A stretch of DNA of 64,000 bases from contig OZ024743.1 in the NCBI GenBank assembly GCA_964016885.1, positions 203,670,001 through 203,734,000 of the forward strand. The letters are read 5' to 3'. The first letter of the stretch is position 1. Each line of letters opens with the position of its first letter. Of the stretch, positions 1-12,617 are shown in pieces. Under the pieces are notes generated by a model. The model had not been told where the DNA came from. It saw only the letters and a list, made by a program, of their open reading frames with translations, and made no database searches. The position numbers and the translations under genes were made by a program. The stretch comes from Eledone cirrhosa (lineage: Eukaryota).

Positions 1-143
1 TTGTTTGTTGAAAAAAGAAGTAAGTGACATAGTCACTACTTTAATATAATAGCGCAAGGTCTTTAAAATGTTTTTAATTAAGCATATAGTATATTGACAA
101 ATGTACTATATATACATTTATATATATATGTATATATATGTAT

Positions 144-234
<91 letters not shown>

Positions 235-308
235 CATATATATATATATGAATGTATGTATAGTATATTTGGCTATATACCGTATGTATATATATACATA
301 TATATATA

Positions 309-864
309 TTTCGTTTCTGAATTTGTTTAGCAGTATACTTTATCTGAAAACGTGTGTTGAAACCGATATTGTTATACTTTGGGAGGGTCATGTTGCCAAT
401 AAGAAATACACGCACCAGACGCTTTCACTCCAATTTATTATAAATTAAATTATAAATTTTAAAAAATTTATAAATTTTCGGTTGGTTGGCTGGTTCCATA
501 TTTTGTCAAAGTTCTTTCGTCACACATTCTGTGACCTCATCAGTAACCGGGGATTCTTTTCTTTGTTTTTTCCCTCTCCTTTGTTCTGTCCTACGCCATC
601 TAGTTTTTCAAGCGTAGGACAGAACAAAGGAGAGGCAAAAAACAAAGAAAAGAATCCCCGGTCACTGATGAGGTCACAGAATGTGTGACGAAAGAACTTT
701 GACAATATATGAACAACCGCCCGGTTGTGGAACCAACCAACCAACCAACCGGAAATTTATAATTTTTTTTAAATTGATAATTTAATTTATAATAAATTGT
801 TGTGAAATTAACTGGTGCGTGTGTTTCTTATTGGCAACATGACCCTCCCAAAGTATAACAATAT
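309..864. mobile_element. (TA)n-flanked fold-back element with hammerhead-like core (Penelope pLTR derivative)
   Basis: Inverted arms ~366-595 / ~612-864. GTCA-CTGATGAG-GTCACA-gaatg-TGTGAC-GAAAgaacTT-TGAC at 661-703. End fragments recur at ~16145-16190 and ~31310-31340. Confidence 0.7.
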
Positions 865-1289
865 ATATATATATATATTATATGTATGTGCGTGTGTATA
901 TATATATACATGCACACATACATACATACATACATACATACATACATACATACATACATACATACATACATACATACATACATACATACATACATGTATA
1001 TATGTATGTGAGTATGTATGAATATATATATGTATGTATGTATATATGTATGTATATATACATGCGTTCGTTGGTGAAGTTGGTGACAGTATTACTTTAA
1101 TTTCGTGTAGTTGCTTTTCTCTTTTTTTTTTGCCGTTCAAACTCTAGATTAGTTTCACACTTTTAATTAAAATACGTCCTTATTATCATTCTACTGGTTG
1201 ATACATAACAACTTCTTATGTTTTCGTTTTCTTTTCCATTTTCGTTCATAAATCTGGATTTATAGTGGCATTTTATAGATGTGTGTGTT

Positions 1290-1885
1290 TTTGTGTGATT
1301 GTTTGTTTTTGGCAATTTTGTTGTTATTGTTGTTGTTGATGTTGTTGTTGTTGGGGTTGATGTTGTTGTTGTGGTTGTGGTTGATGTTGATGTTGTTGGT
1401 GTTGTTGCAGTCGTCGTCAACGTTATCGACTGGAATTTGATGGTTTGTGGTTGAAGGTTGAGATTGTGTTGTTAGTGATACTGCTGTTGCTGCTATTGTT
1501 GTTGCCGTTGTTGTCGTCGTCGTCGTCGTCGTCGTCTACATTGTCGTCGACTTCATTTTTGGTGGTTTTGGTGGTGGTGTTGGTGGTGATGGTGATGGTG
1601 ATGGTGGTGTTGGTAGTGGCGGTGGCGGTGCTGGTGGTGGTGGTTTTGATGGCGGTGATGGTGGTGGTAGTGATGGTGTTGCTGGTGGTGGTGGTGGTTT
1701 GGTGATGTTGCTGGCGGTGGTGATGGTGGTGGTTCTAGTGTTGGTGTGGTGATTATGGTATCTTGTAGTTGTGGTAGTGAAGGTGGTGTAGTAGTTGTTG
1801 TTAATACAATTACCGCTGTCCCTGTTGTTGTTGTTTTTATTGTACGTATAATTGTTGTAGTTGTTGCTGTTATTGTTGTTGTTTT
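1290..1885. repeat. (GTT)n/(GGT)n/(GTC)n trinucleotide low-complexity tract
   Basis: Seen directly in the sequence. Confidence 0.9.
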
Positions 1886-2592
1886 AATTCAAACAATCAT
1901 CATGGAATATGTTTAGGTAATACGATGCTATTATCCAGAGTGAATATTCGAGGAAAGATTTCTAATAAAATGTTCTGAAAGAAAAGAAAAGAACGCATTA
2001 AACATCCATTCCCCACCTGGCTGGTAATTTGAAATGGTTTCAATGGAAGCATGTATTAAGGAGACAGAGAATAGTAAAAAAGAAAAAGAAAATTAAGTCA
2101 TTACTTTAATAACATTTTGGAGGTGTCGACTGGTGATGCTGTGGCGTTGGTTCTATCTAATTTATCTTATTTTCACCAGAATTGGCCAGAGAAGTAAGGC
2201 TGAAAAACCGATATCAAGTACATGATCTCTGTCACACTGTACATCACTCACCATCGTCCATCCTCACTCCGATACATTAACACATAAACGACAAGCCAAT
2301 ATATGTGTTCTTATTCTCAGCAGAGTCATCGGCCATCCAAATACAAAATTACAAAATTACAAAATATGAGAAATAATAGGCAAAAATATACCTATTTTCT
2401 TTCTTCAAAGTCCCAACTGCAGTTTCGCCGATCCGTGCGCACGTTCCTAAGCTATAAAAATGTATCAACACTCAGAAAGAAGGACTGTTTCTTTCGTAGC
2501 AAGTGAAATATTTCGAGAGGCGGAGGGAGAAATTAACACAAGATACAGTGGTCACTTCAGTCGGGACTTTGAAGAAAAAATAGGTGTATGGA

Positions 2593-2715
2593 AAATTTGC
2601 TTTACGATTTTAATTCCGTGAAATCAGTATATATATTTCGATGTCCCAACCTATTTCGATGGGCCATCGAAATATGTATAGTGATTTCACGGAATTAAAA
2701 TAGTAAAGCAAATTT
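2593..2715. mobile_element. Short fold-back with the 3' half of a minimal hammerhead
   Basis: AAATTTGCTTTAC...TTTCGATG / CATCGAAA...GTAAAGCAAATTT inverted arms, with GAAA-TATGTA-TA motif. Confidence 0.55.
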
Positions 2716-2837
2716 ATATATACATATATATATAAGAGGATGTATGTATCGTAAGAGAGGAGGAGGAGCAGAGAGAGAGAATTATATAAATATTTTGTTA
2801 TAACGACTTGCGACTCCTACATTTATTCATATGGCTT

Positions 2838-2879
<42 letters not shown>

Positions 2880-2884
<5 letters not shown>

Positions 2885-3280
2885 AAAATAAGTAAGTCAA
2901 ATATGTAAAATTTGGCTTCGTTTATTATAAATTATAAATTTACTGCTGTATATATTTCGGTGACAGCTATTATTGGCTGTGACCTCTTCAGGTAGTCCGA
3001 ATTGGTGTGGAAAAGACAGATACACATGTTGTTGAAGTGTGTTTCACTTTGTCAATACATCGATATGTCCAGCTCCTGGGTCTGTTGTTAGTACTGCGAA
3101 ATATATATAGCAGTAAATTTATAATTTATAATAAACGAAGCCAAATTTTACATATTTGACTTACTTATTTAATTTTACATTACTCTGCAGTAAACAAACC
3201 AGCCTGCGTACTTCGTCGAGTGTTCCAATCTGCATACTGAGGTGTCGGTAAACAAACAACATATACTCAAAATTTATATA
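2880..3280. mobile_element. (TA)n-flanked fold-back with minus-strand hammerhead motif
   Basis: Arms ~2890-2960 / ~3095-3170. Minus strand 2942-2996 reads CTGAAGA-GGTcACAGC-loop-GCTGTcACC-GAAA-TATATA. ACTC...GAGT tail at 3182-3221. Confidence 0.65.
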
Positions 3281-4215
3281 TCTGTATATATATAAAATTA
3301 AGTATGTGAGTGTATCTGTGTGTCTGTGTATTACCTATAGGGGCCTACATCTTACGACCGATTTTCATGACCCTTTACGGGCTCATAGATTAGTCATCGG
3401 GCAGTGTTTTCTATATATCAGCGTATCGTTTTTTTTTATTGTGGGGTCATTCTGCAGATAAAAATCGATAGGGGGTCACCTTTTTTTAAGTATCGAAAAA
3501 TAAGATTTTTGGCTCTAGCTCCCACATTTTGTCACCGATTTCGTTCAAATTTTAAAGCAAAATAGAATTTATTATTGCACATCCTCTAATCGCTTTACAT
3601 CTTGCATTTGTTGTTCAGGGACGGCGGGGCAGCCGCTTAAATATTCAAAAATACCACTTTTAGACTCAAATTTCCACTTTTTCGGCTCTAGGTCCCACAT
3701 TAATCAACCTACTTTGTTCAAATTTTACACTACGCTAGATCTGATTATTTCACGTCTTAAAGTGCCTTTACATTTTGGATCTTTTGTTCAGGAACGGCGT
3801 GGCAGCCGCTTAAATATTCCAAAATACCACCTTTTCGCTCAAATTTCCGCTATTTCGGCTCTAGCTCCCACATTTTTCAACCGATTTCGTTAAAATTCGA
3901 AACTTCGGCTCCACCTCACACATAAATCAATTTATTTGGTTCAACTTTTATACTACAATAGAACCTATCATTGCATATCTTATAGTAGTTTTACACTTTG
4001 CATTTTTTGTTCAGGGACAACGTGGCAGCCGTTTAACTCTTCAAAATACGATTTTTTTCCACCTCCCACATATTCCATACGATTTCACTCAACATTTCGC
4101 CATTTGCTACACCTTACGACTGATTTTCAAGAAATTCACAGTCACTAAGATCAACACCTTTTCATCGAAGCAGATATTATTTTACCTACACAGGCAACGC
4201 TGGGTACTGCTGCTA

Positions 4216-4216
<1 letters not shown>
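3281..4216 (+). mobile_element. Non-autonomous Helitron-like element with internal ~175-bp tandem repeats
   Basis: 5' TCTGTATATATATAAAA, 3' GGCAACGCTGGGTAC...GCTAG, inserted between A and T. Repeats of TTCGGCTCTAGCTCCCACATT at ~3508, 3681 and 3854. Confidence 0.7.
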
Positions 4217-4308
<92 letters not shown>

Positions 4309-4704
4309 GGATTCCAGCAAGTACACTAGGTATCTTTGATTCAAATGGTTGATACATTGTCCTCGTGGTACTTTAATGAATAAATGGATGGAATTAACAG
4401 GAATCCAGGAATCATCTCTGTACCGTTACTCAAACATATCCAAAGATAAATTCTTCGCTGATAATTACAATACTAATGATAAGTCTTTCTACATTTGGCA
4501 CAACACCAACATTTTAGGGATGGGGAAAGTTATACTGACTGGAATAATTGAGCGGTACTTTAATTTGTCGACCCCGAAAGAAGGAATAGAAAAATTGATG
4601 TCAACAGGATTTGAACTAAGAACGTAAATAGCCATAATTAGATGACGTAAATCATTTCATCCGATGCTCAAACGATTTTTCAAATCCACTGCCCTTGCCA
4701 AATA

Positions 4705-4900
4705 ATTGTTTCTACTCTTGGCACAAGGCCAGCGATTTAAAGGGAAAAGAAATAGGTTAAATTTACCCCAGTGCGTTACTGGTACTTTATTTTATCGACC
4801 TCTTTATGTCGGAAGGTAAAGCTAACCTCGGTGAGATTTGAACTAAAAAAAAATTCTATGGCATAAATCATGTTGTCTGACGCTCTACCGATACTTGCCA
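4705..4900 (-). mobile_element. tRNA-derived SINE copy (degenerate)
   Basis: Reverse complement of the SINE consensus (ggcacaaggccagc...ctggtactttattttatcgacc). Confidence 0.75.
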
Positions 4901-5295
4901 AATAATAGTATATACATTGGATTAGATTAAATCATGTGTACACTTATTTTTAAAGAATCTTAATGTGTTCTAAAGCCTTCTTACATTGTTTTGTTTTTCA
5001 TGAAAAATGAAAATTTTATTTCGATCAATTTCCATTTAATGTATTACATTAGTCTTTTACTGGTTTCAGTCATTAAACTGTGGTCATCCTGGGGTTCTGC
5101 TTTGATTTCGTTGACCATATTGAGACCAATACTTACATTTTTATGTGTGGTACTTATTTTATCGATCTGCTTTTTATAAAACCACTAAATTACTGGACGT
5201 AAACACAAAACACAAACAAACGTTAACCTTGAACCTAAATATTCTCTCTCTCTCTCACTCTCTCTCACACACGCGCACACACACACACACACGCA

Positions 5296-5354
<59 letters not shown>

Positions 5355-5359
5355 ACATG

Positions 5360-5449
<90 letters not shown>

Positions 5450-6041
5450 GAAGAGAGAAGAAACATTTAGATATAATTAGTAATAAGATGTACCATACCT
5501 AAACTGCTTCTAGATTCCTCGACTACGTAGTTTCGTGGCATAATCAAAAACAATACATCACAGAGATATAGAGCTTTTGTGAGGTCTGCCGATTTATCAA
5601 GAGGATACCTCATTTTACTAGCTTCAAAGAACACGTCTATAAGATGTGAGATAGAATCCCAAAAGGCGGAGGTGGAGTCAATCACGTGATACAACGGTCA
5701 AGAAACAGAGCTAAGCCCCTTATAACCCTGAAAAAATACCACGGAGGCGGAGGGGTATTCATATCGAGGCCGTAGAAAAGGTGGTTAAGGAGGCAAGAAG
5801 TATGAGTAATGGCAGCTTTCCAGCAGTCACTACACTTCAAGGATTACTCGACCAGGGGGAGTTATAAACAATATATTGAGAAACACACAGATACATGTGG
5901 ACACATACATATACATGAATATATCCACATCCATCCTTGAGTTAATGGTGCCGACCTTAACCGATGTTGCTCTATGAATAACTGGGACAAACCAATCCGA
6001 ATGGATTAGACTGAACCAGTATCAGAGCTAAAAGTACATTA

Positions 6042-6089
<48 letters not shown>

Positions 6090-6090
<1 letters not shown>

Positions 6091-6281
6091 GTTATTCTGG
6101 GTTGAATCGGAGGTAACCACAGTAAGTAAGGTACTCAATACATTGCAGAGTATAAAAGTTTTAATATAGATGAGATTCTACAGGACTAGAACTGTTCCAT
6201 TCTTTAGAAATCATCAGGATTCCTGATGATTTCTAAAGAATGAAACAGTTCTAGTCCTGTAGAATCTCATCTATATTAAAA

Positions 6282-6283
<2 letters not shown>
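6090..6283. mobile_element. (TA)n-flanked fold-back family B, hammerhead-core-like
   Basis: Inverted arms 6158-6218 / 6221-6282 with CTGATGA-TTTC-taaa-GAAT-GAAAC. Same family at 29452-29637, 49094-49262 and 53690-53882. Confidence 0.7.
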
Positions 6284-6326
<43 letters not shown>

Positions 6327-7055
6327 CAGCTCCTTCATATAGATTATAGTAGGAAATATATGCCCAAGGTGCAATCAGCAGTATTGAACCTAGAAAGAAC
6401 GCAATTCCGAAGCAACCACATTAATCAATGAAACATGCCTTCACCTATATCCACTTTTCTTTTTATTTTCATTGAAAGTTTCGTATTATCTTCTGTCTCA
6501 CCAAGTTGGGTGAGAGAAAAACATTTCTCTTGATTAGGATATGCAGTAATCACTGCAAAAATTAAAGATGAAAACAAACAAAAAAACAGAATGACATACA
6601 TAGCAGTAATCTACCCTTCTCTGTTTTCAAAGAGGATTTGAATGGACTACTTGACTGATTATGGTTTACAGAGGTTGTTAGCCTTGGTTGGCAGTGATCT
6701 AGGAGAAGAATCACTCTGATTGATGATAACCTTTCAAGTGAGCAACGACTTCATCCTTGTGATGAAGGTGGATGAACTCCGACTTAGTAGTCAAGTTTCG
6801 AGTAATGGTTGGACGAGGATTCGGAACTTACCGAAGTCAATATTTTCCCAGTGAGAATTATAGACATGCAGCATAATATATAGATGAGCATTGGTGCAAT
6901 TGTGCATGTTCCCCCAACACTAAGCAATGAAGATAAGAAGACAAAAAACAATCAACCAGTTATATTGAAGCTTTCTGAAATATTCGACACACAATTCTCT
7001 TCATTTTGAAAATTTATTTTCTTTCTTTTTTTTTTGTTATATTGTCTCTTTGCAG

Positions 7056-7172
7056 ACTCGTGCTTTTTTATTCGCTGCCGGATTCTCGTTAGCATTTGGA
7101 TCAATGTTCTCCAAAACCTATCGGGTTCACCAAATATTTACCCGGGCTCACAGTGGTGTAATACGAAGCAAG
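7056..7172 (+). CDS. GABA-B-R3: GABA-B receptor (class C GPCR, GABA-B-R3-like), internal exon encoding TM3/ICL2
   Basis: Pyrimidine tract + tgcAG acceptor, 117 nt = TRAFLFAAGFSLAFGSMFSKTYRVHQIFTRAHSGVIRSK, donor AAG|gtaaac. GFSLAFGSMFSKTYRV is the GABA-B TM3 signature. Confidence 0.93.
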
Positions 7173-8461
7173 GTAAACAATTACAAGCCATCGTTCTTGT
7201 CCCGTTTTATGTTTGTCTGTTCCATTAATTAAAAAAGTGGCCGCTCTGTTATAAAGCCCAATTTGCTACCAATATGTATTAACTCTTTTGATACCAGACC
7301 ACCTGAATCAGCCCAAGATTCTATGATACAAAACTGTTTATTTTAAAATATTTATATTTATCTAATAAACTTCCCTCATAATTTTATGTAAGAACCTTTT
7401 GTTATGAACCAAACTCCAATTTATTCATCTGATTGTTAGATATTTTACTTAATCCCTCCAGATTTGGGATTATTTTCAAACTTAATTGGAGCACTTTAAT
7501 AGTGTATTAAATTATAAATATGGTAATAAAAGGGTAATAAAATAGACAGATGCTGCTTTGCGTTTTGTTACTCTTTTTGCAGGTGTATCGTGTGTATCTT
7601 GTTTGTTTTTTATAGTTATCTGAATACTATACATGATATGATAGGCAGAACGTTTGGGGTTGTTGTTTTTTTATAATTCTACGATGATTATTCTAGTTCT
7701 TTGATCAAGAAGAATAGACTGCGTATGAAATTAATGTACAAGTGGCTGAGAATTCCACAAATACATACACCCTTAATGCAGTTCTGTGGGTGATTCAGCG
7801 TGTTACATTGTGTGGTAATGCTGGCCCTTTGAATTACGAATACAACATTGGGCTCGAGCAACATGAAATAAAATATCCTGCTCGTGGACCCAGCGCACCA
7901 CCAGGAATTAAATTCACATTATGATTGTTAGCCGAACAACCTAACCACTAAGCCACACCCTTTTACTCTATAATATGGAATATTATAGAGTTGATGATAT
8001 TAAAAAAATTGTTGATTATATAAAAAAAAATAACATTCAAATTTGTTAAAGCTAGACAAAGCTATATCATCTGGGTTATTACAAAGCTGAAATAAATGGT
8101 ATTGACGTTGACTATTTGTATAGTAAAGCTGTACAAGCAATATTTATGAAAAAAATAATCAATTCTACCTCCCATCTTATGGTGTTGTATTTGGATACTT
8201 CAATATCATATATTGTATTTAGTTATTAAATGCATGATCCATCTCTTTAAAAACTATTAAACATTTTGTATTTTGTGCGAGTTAAGCGTTAAACGAAACA
8301 TAAAATTCGTTCCAAAATGAACGAAATGAATTCGTTTTTATGCGCACACGTTTGCTATCGCAAGAAAACGTGTTTGATTATTAACAGAGTTTTTAACATT
8401 AGACACAATTAGAATACGGTAATTTAAAAATATATGTCAATGGTTAGCTAACATTATTTTT

Positions 8462-8640
8462 TGGCAGTATCGGTAGAGGGTCGGACGCCATGCTTTCCAG
8501 CATAGTTACGTCCCTTTACGATCTGAGTTCAAATCCCGCCGAGGTTGACTTTGCCTTTCATCCTTATGGGGTCGCTAAAATAAAGTACCAGTAATGCACT
8601 GGTTAATTGCTGGCCTTGTGCCTAAAGTCGAAACAATTAT
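8462..8640 (+). mobile_element. tRNA-derived SINE
   Basis: A-box-like TGGCAGTATCGG, B-box GAGTTCAAATCC, core GCCTTTCATCC..GGGGTCG..AAAGTACCAG, and an ATT tail. Confidence 0.85.
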
Positions 8641-9547
8641 TTTTTGTCGAATAAGCATAGCAGACAACTCCTGGTCTTCTTCCGTTTTAAGTATCAGTGA
8701 TATTTTTTTAGTCTCCGTACACATCTGGACAAAGTCAATGAATACAGTTAAAGAATAGAATGAAAATGAATCTAAAGAAAAGTCTAAAGTCTGTCCAAAG
8801 CCCGGAGACTCATGGGAATGGTGCTTATACCGGTATTCTTGGCGTTAACCAACTGAGAGTACAAGAGACTCCCAGGACAGAACGCCAGAGTAAAAATGAA
8901 AACAGTGGGGTAATAAAATGATTTAAGTGAAAATAAACGGTATTGATTCATCTGTATATGTAAATTCTGAATGATTTATTCGTAAAAGAAAAAAACATAT
9001 CGCAACAGATAGAATGTTTCTATACATAAAGATAGATTGGTTTAATAGAACATTTTTTAATTAAATTATATTTCTTGATCGTTAAAGAAAATATAATTTA
9101 AATCAGGGTCATTAATATTTATTAAGCACTATTCCAAAGATTCACCACAACTTCTTTCCATAACATGGGACTGGGAAATTATTACACACATAACCCTATT
9201 AGTGAAGCCATTTAGTATAGGTCAACTAACAGAAAATTGTATTACGGTTACGAAAAAAATTCTAAAATACGCCTGCAAGGTAAAAATTAAAACCGGTCAT
9301 CACGCGCAACTCTGACTGGTCTGTTGCACGCTCCTGATTTAAATGAACTTAAAAGGTTATTATTGATTTAAATGATTGATTTAAATTATATTAATTCATT
9401 TTATTCCATTCATTTTCGGATTATATAAGGTGATTGCCGAAAGCTACAGAAATTTAGTGATGTGTAAAGTCTACTTAAAACAGAACACCCAACTCTCAAA
9501 TTTTCTGGATTGTTAATTCTGTTCTTTTTCTTTTCGCATCTTTTCAG

Positions 9548-9670
9548 TTACTACGAGATAAACAACTTCTATTCATAATTGGTGCTCTGCTAATACTTGA
9601 TATATCGTTAATTTCTGTGTGGCTTGTTGTAGATCCTATGCATCAAGTAAAAACCAACTTATCCTCACAG
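9548..9670 (+). CDS. GABA-B-R3: GABA-B receptor exon, TM4
   Basis: ttttcAG acceptor, 123 nt = LLRDKQLLFIIGALLILDISLISVWLVVDPMHQVKTNLSSQ, donor CAG|gtaggc, phase 0/0. Contains the LxDxQL...W..VDP motif of GABA-B TM4. Confidence 0.92.
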
Positions 9671-9708
9671 GTAGGCACTATAAGTTCTTATTTCAATTTG
9701 TATTGTTA

Positions 9709-9765
<57 letters not shown>

Positions 9766-10472
9766 ATCTATCAACTCTTCCAATCCGACGGGGAAATCTC
9801 CGACCCACTTTGGAGTGGGTGAGAGATTTCTTCTTTTGTGAAAATGGGTATAGCTTTCATTATGTAAAATCTCCCCGTTTTGCCTCATTCTCCCCGTCTT
9901 GGGGGCAATTCTCCCCCTTTTGGATTTTTAGAGGTTGGCAGGTCTGATGTGTGTGTTTGCGTTCCAGTTGCTCAATCACATCACGACTAAGTTGTTCGAG
10001 CATCGGAACAACTTGGTCGTGAAGTGATTGAGCATACCCTAGACATGTTCACTCTCTCTCTCTCTCTCGTGGAGATTCGGTGTGACACATTTGTGAGAAT
10101 ACTAAGCCTTTCAATTACTCACTTTTGTCAGCTGAATGCACTGGAACCACGTGAAATAAAGAGTCTTATTCAAGACACAAGCGCCACTGATAATCGAACT
10201 CGTGACTTTAAGGTCTAAGCCATGGGCTTTCACAGTGTACATGCTTCCAAAATACATGAATGATCTAAACGATTGCCTAATCTGCTACAAATAGCAGTCA
10301 ATAACTATCTTCATTATCGTAATCGATAAAATAAAGTACCAGTAATGCACTGGGTAATTGCTGGCCTTGTGCCTAAAGTAGAAACAATTATCGTAGCAAT
10401 ACAAAACAAACTCCACTAGAACGAAAGGCTCGCTGCCATCACAAACAAACGAATATCTACACAGTTGGCCAA

Positions 10473-10506
<34 letters not shown>

Positions 10507-10547
10507 CGTGTGCGTGTGCGTGTGCGTGTGTGTGTGTGTGTATGCGT

Positions 10548-10623
<76 letters not shown>

Positions 10624-10714
10624 TTACACAAGGGATAAGAAACATTTCACACATGCAACCTCCTGTGCTCTAGTAGCCGTACTAGTGGTCGTTACTTTAT
10701 CAATTTTAATTAGA

Positions 10715-11232
10715 AAGTGCAGTGAATTTACAGAACCATGAAAACGCTTGACATTTATTCCGGCTTTTTTTATGTTCTGAGTTCAAATTCTACTGAGGTT
10801 AAATTTAACTTTTATTTTTATGAGGTCGATAAAAAAAAATGTACCGATCAAGCACTAGGGCCGATGTAAATCATATATTCCTCATCTAAAATTGCTGATG
10901 TTCTACCTAAATTAGAAATCTCAAATCCCGCCGAGGTTGACTTTGCCTTTCATCCTTACGGGGTCGATAATATACAAGTAATGCACTGGGTAATTGCTGG
11001 CCTTGTGCCTAAAGTAGAAACAATTATTGTTTTAAAGAGGGCAGTGGATTGGCAGTATCGGTAGAGGGTCGAACGCCATGCTTTGCAGCATAGAGTTACG
11101 GCCCTTGCCATTCTGAGTTCAAATCCCGCCGAGGTTAACTTTGCCTTTCATCCTTACGGGGTCGATAATATTAAGTACCAGTAATGTACTGGGTAATTGC
11201 TGGGCTTGTGCCTAAAATAGAAACAATTATTG
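10715..11232 (+). mobile_element. Tandem SINE copies upstream of exon 11302
   Basis: Three successive full or partial copies of the same SINE. Confidence 0.8.
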
Positions 11233-11301
11233 TTTTAAACTTTGTTAATTTTGTTATTTTTCTTATTTTTAATGTGTTTAACTGTGTTTAATTGTTTTCA
11301 G

Positions 11302-11637
11302 CTCTCAACCATCGATGAAGACGTTGTGTATATTTCACAGCTATCCAGATGTCAATCAAACCATCTAGAAAAATGGATGGGTGTTATGTACGCCTATAAA
11401 GGTCTTCTTCTCGTCTTCGGAGTATATATGGCTTGGGAAACTCGTAATGTGAAAATACCGGCTCTGAATGATTCTCGTTACATTGGTATGAACGTTTACA
11501 ATGTTGTAATCATGAGTACAATAGTTGTGGTGCTCTCTAATATACTCTCAGATCAACCAACCTTATCCTATGCCATCCAGTCAACGTTTATATTTCTATC
11601 CACTACTGGAACTCTTTGTCTGATGTTTTTACCAAAG
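11302..11637 (+). CDS. GABA-B-R3: GABA-B receptor exon, ECL2-TM5-TM6-TM7
   Basis: ttttcAG acceptor, 336 nt including YAYKGLLLVFGVYMAWETRNVKIPALNDSRYIGMNVYNV and CLMFLPK, donor AAG|gtaaga. Confidence 0.96.
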
Positions 11638-11713
11638 GTAAGAAAGATATTCCACTGTCGTCGTTGACATAGTTGTCGTCATATCTCCATCCTTATCATC
11701 ATCATTGTCATTA

Positions 11714-12617
11714 TGGCAGTGGATTGGCAGTATCTGTAGAGGGTCGAACGCCATGTTTCCAGCATAGAGTTACCTCTCTTTACTGTCTGCGTTCAAATTC
11801 CGCCGAGGTTAACTTTGCCTTTCATCCTTACGTGGTCGATAAAATAAAATACCAGTAATGCACTGGATAATTTCTGGCCTTGTGCCAAAAGTAGAAACAA
11901 TTATTACTAAAGTAGCAGTAATGCACTGGGTCGATTTAATCGACCCCTCCCCCCTTCAAATTGCTGGCCTTGTGCCTAAAATAGAAATAATTATCATAAT
12001 CATTATTATTAGCATTGCTACCGTGACGGGGTGGCAGAATACTAGAGAGTCGGACAAAGTTGTAATGCGGTATTTATTCAGATTCTTTACGTTATGAGTC
12101 TAAATACCGCTGAGGTCGAGTTTCCTTTTCATTTTTTCGGGGATCGATAAAATAATGTACCAATCAAGTAATGGGGTCGATATAAATTGCTGGCAAATAT
12201 AGATCATTACTATTATGGTAAAAAGAGTGGTGGATTGACAGTATCAGTAGAGCGTCGGGAAACATGATTTGCGGCATATAGTTACGGCTTTTTACGTTCT
12301 GAGTTCAAATCCAGTCGAGGTTAGCTTTGCTTTTCATCCTTACAAGGTCGATAAAATAAAGCACCACTAACAGACTAGGATCGATTCAATCGACTTTCTC
12401 CTCTCCCAAATTTGTGCCTAAATCAGAAACCATTTGGCAGCATCAGTAGAAGGTCGGACACCATGCTTTGCAGCATAAAGTTACGCCCCTTTACGGTCTG
12501 AGTTCAAATCCCGCTCAGGTTAACTTTGCCTTGCATCCTTACGGGGTCGATAAAATAAAGCACCAGCAATGTACTGGGATACTTGCTGGCCTAGCGCCAA
12601 AAGTAGAAACAATTATT
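11714..12617 (+). mobile_element. Head-to-tail cluster of 4-5 SINE copies
   Basis: Repeated GGCAGTATC...GAGTTCAAAT...TTTCATCCTTAC...GTAGAAACAATTATT units. Confidence 0.82.

Noticed and set aside
74-1140. Many ORFs rich in YI/HT/CV dipeptides, here and throughout (e.g. 26203-29905, 34342-34885, 59075-59566)
   Set aside because: They are translations of (TA)n, (CA)n and (CATA)n microsatellites, which lack stop codons. No coding evidence.
1163-1705. Thr-rich and Val/Leu-rich 'membrane protein' ORFs
   Set aside because: Trinucleotide low-complexity sequence with no splice context.
1-7055. Upstream GABA-B exons (TM1-TM2, Venus flytrap domain)
   Set aside because: No recognisable exon found by eye. 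They probably lie 5' of the window.
10715-12617. Regularly repeated units resembling a CRISPR array or tRNA cluster
   Set aside because: Eukaryotic SINE copies of ~180 bp with no unique spacers and no complete cloverleaf.
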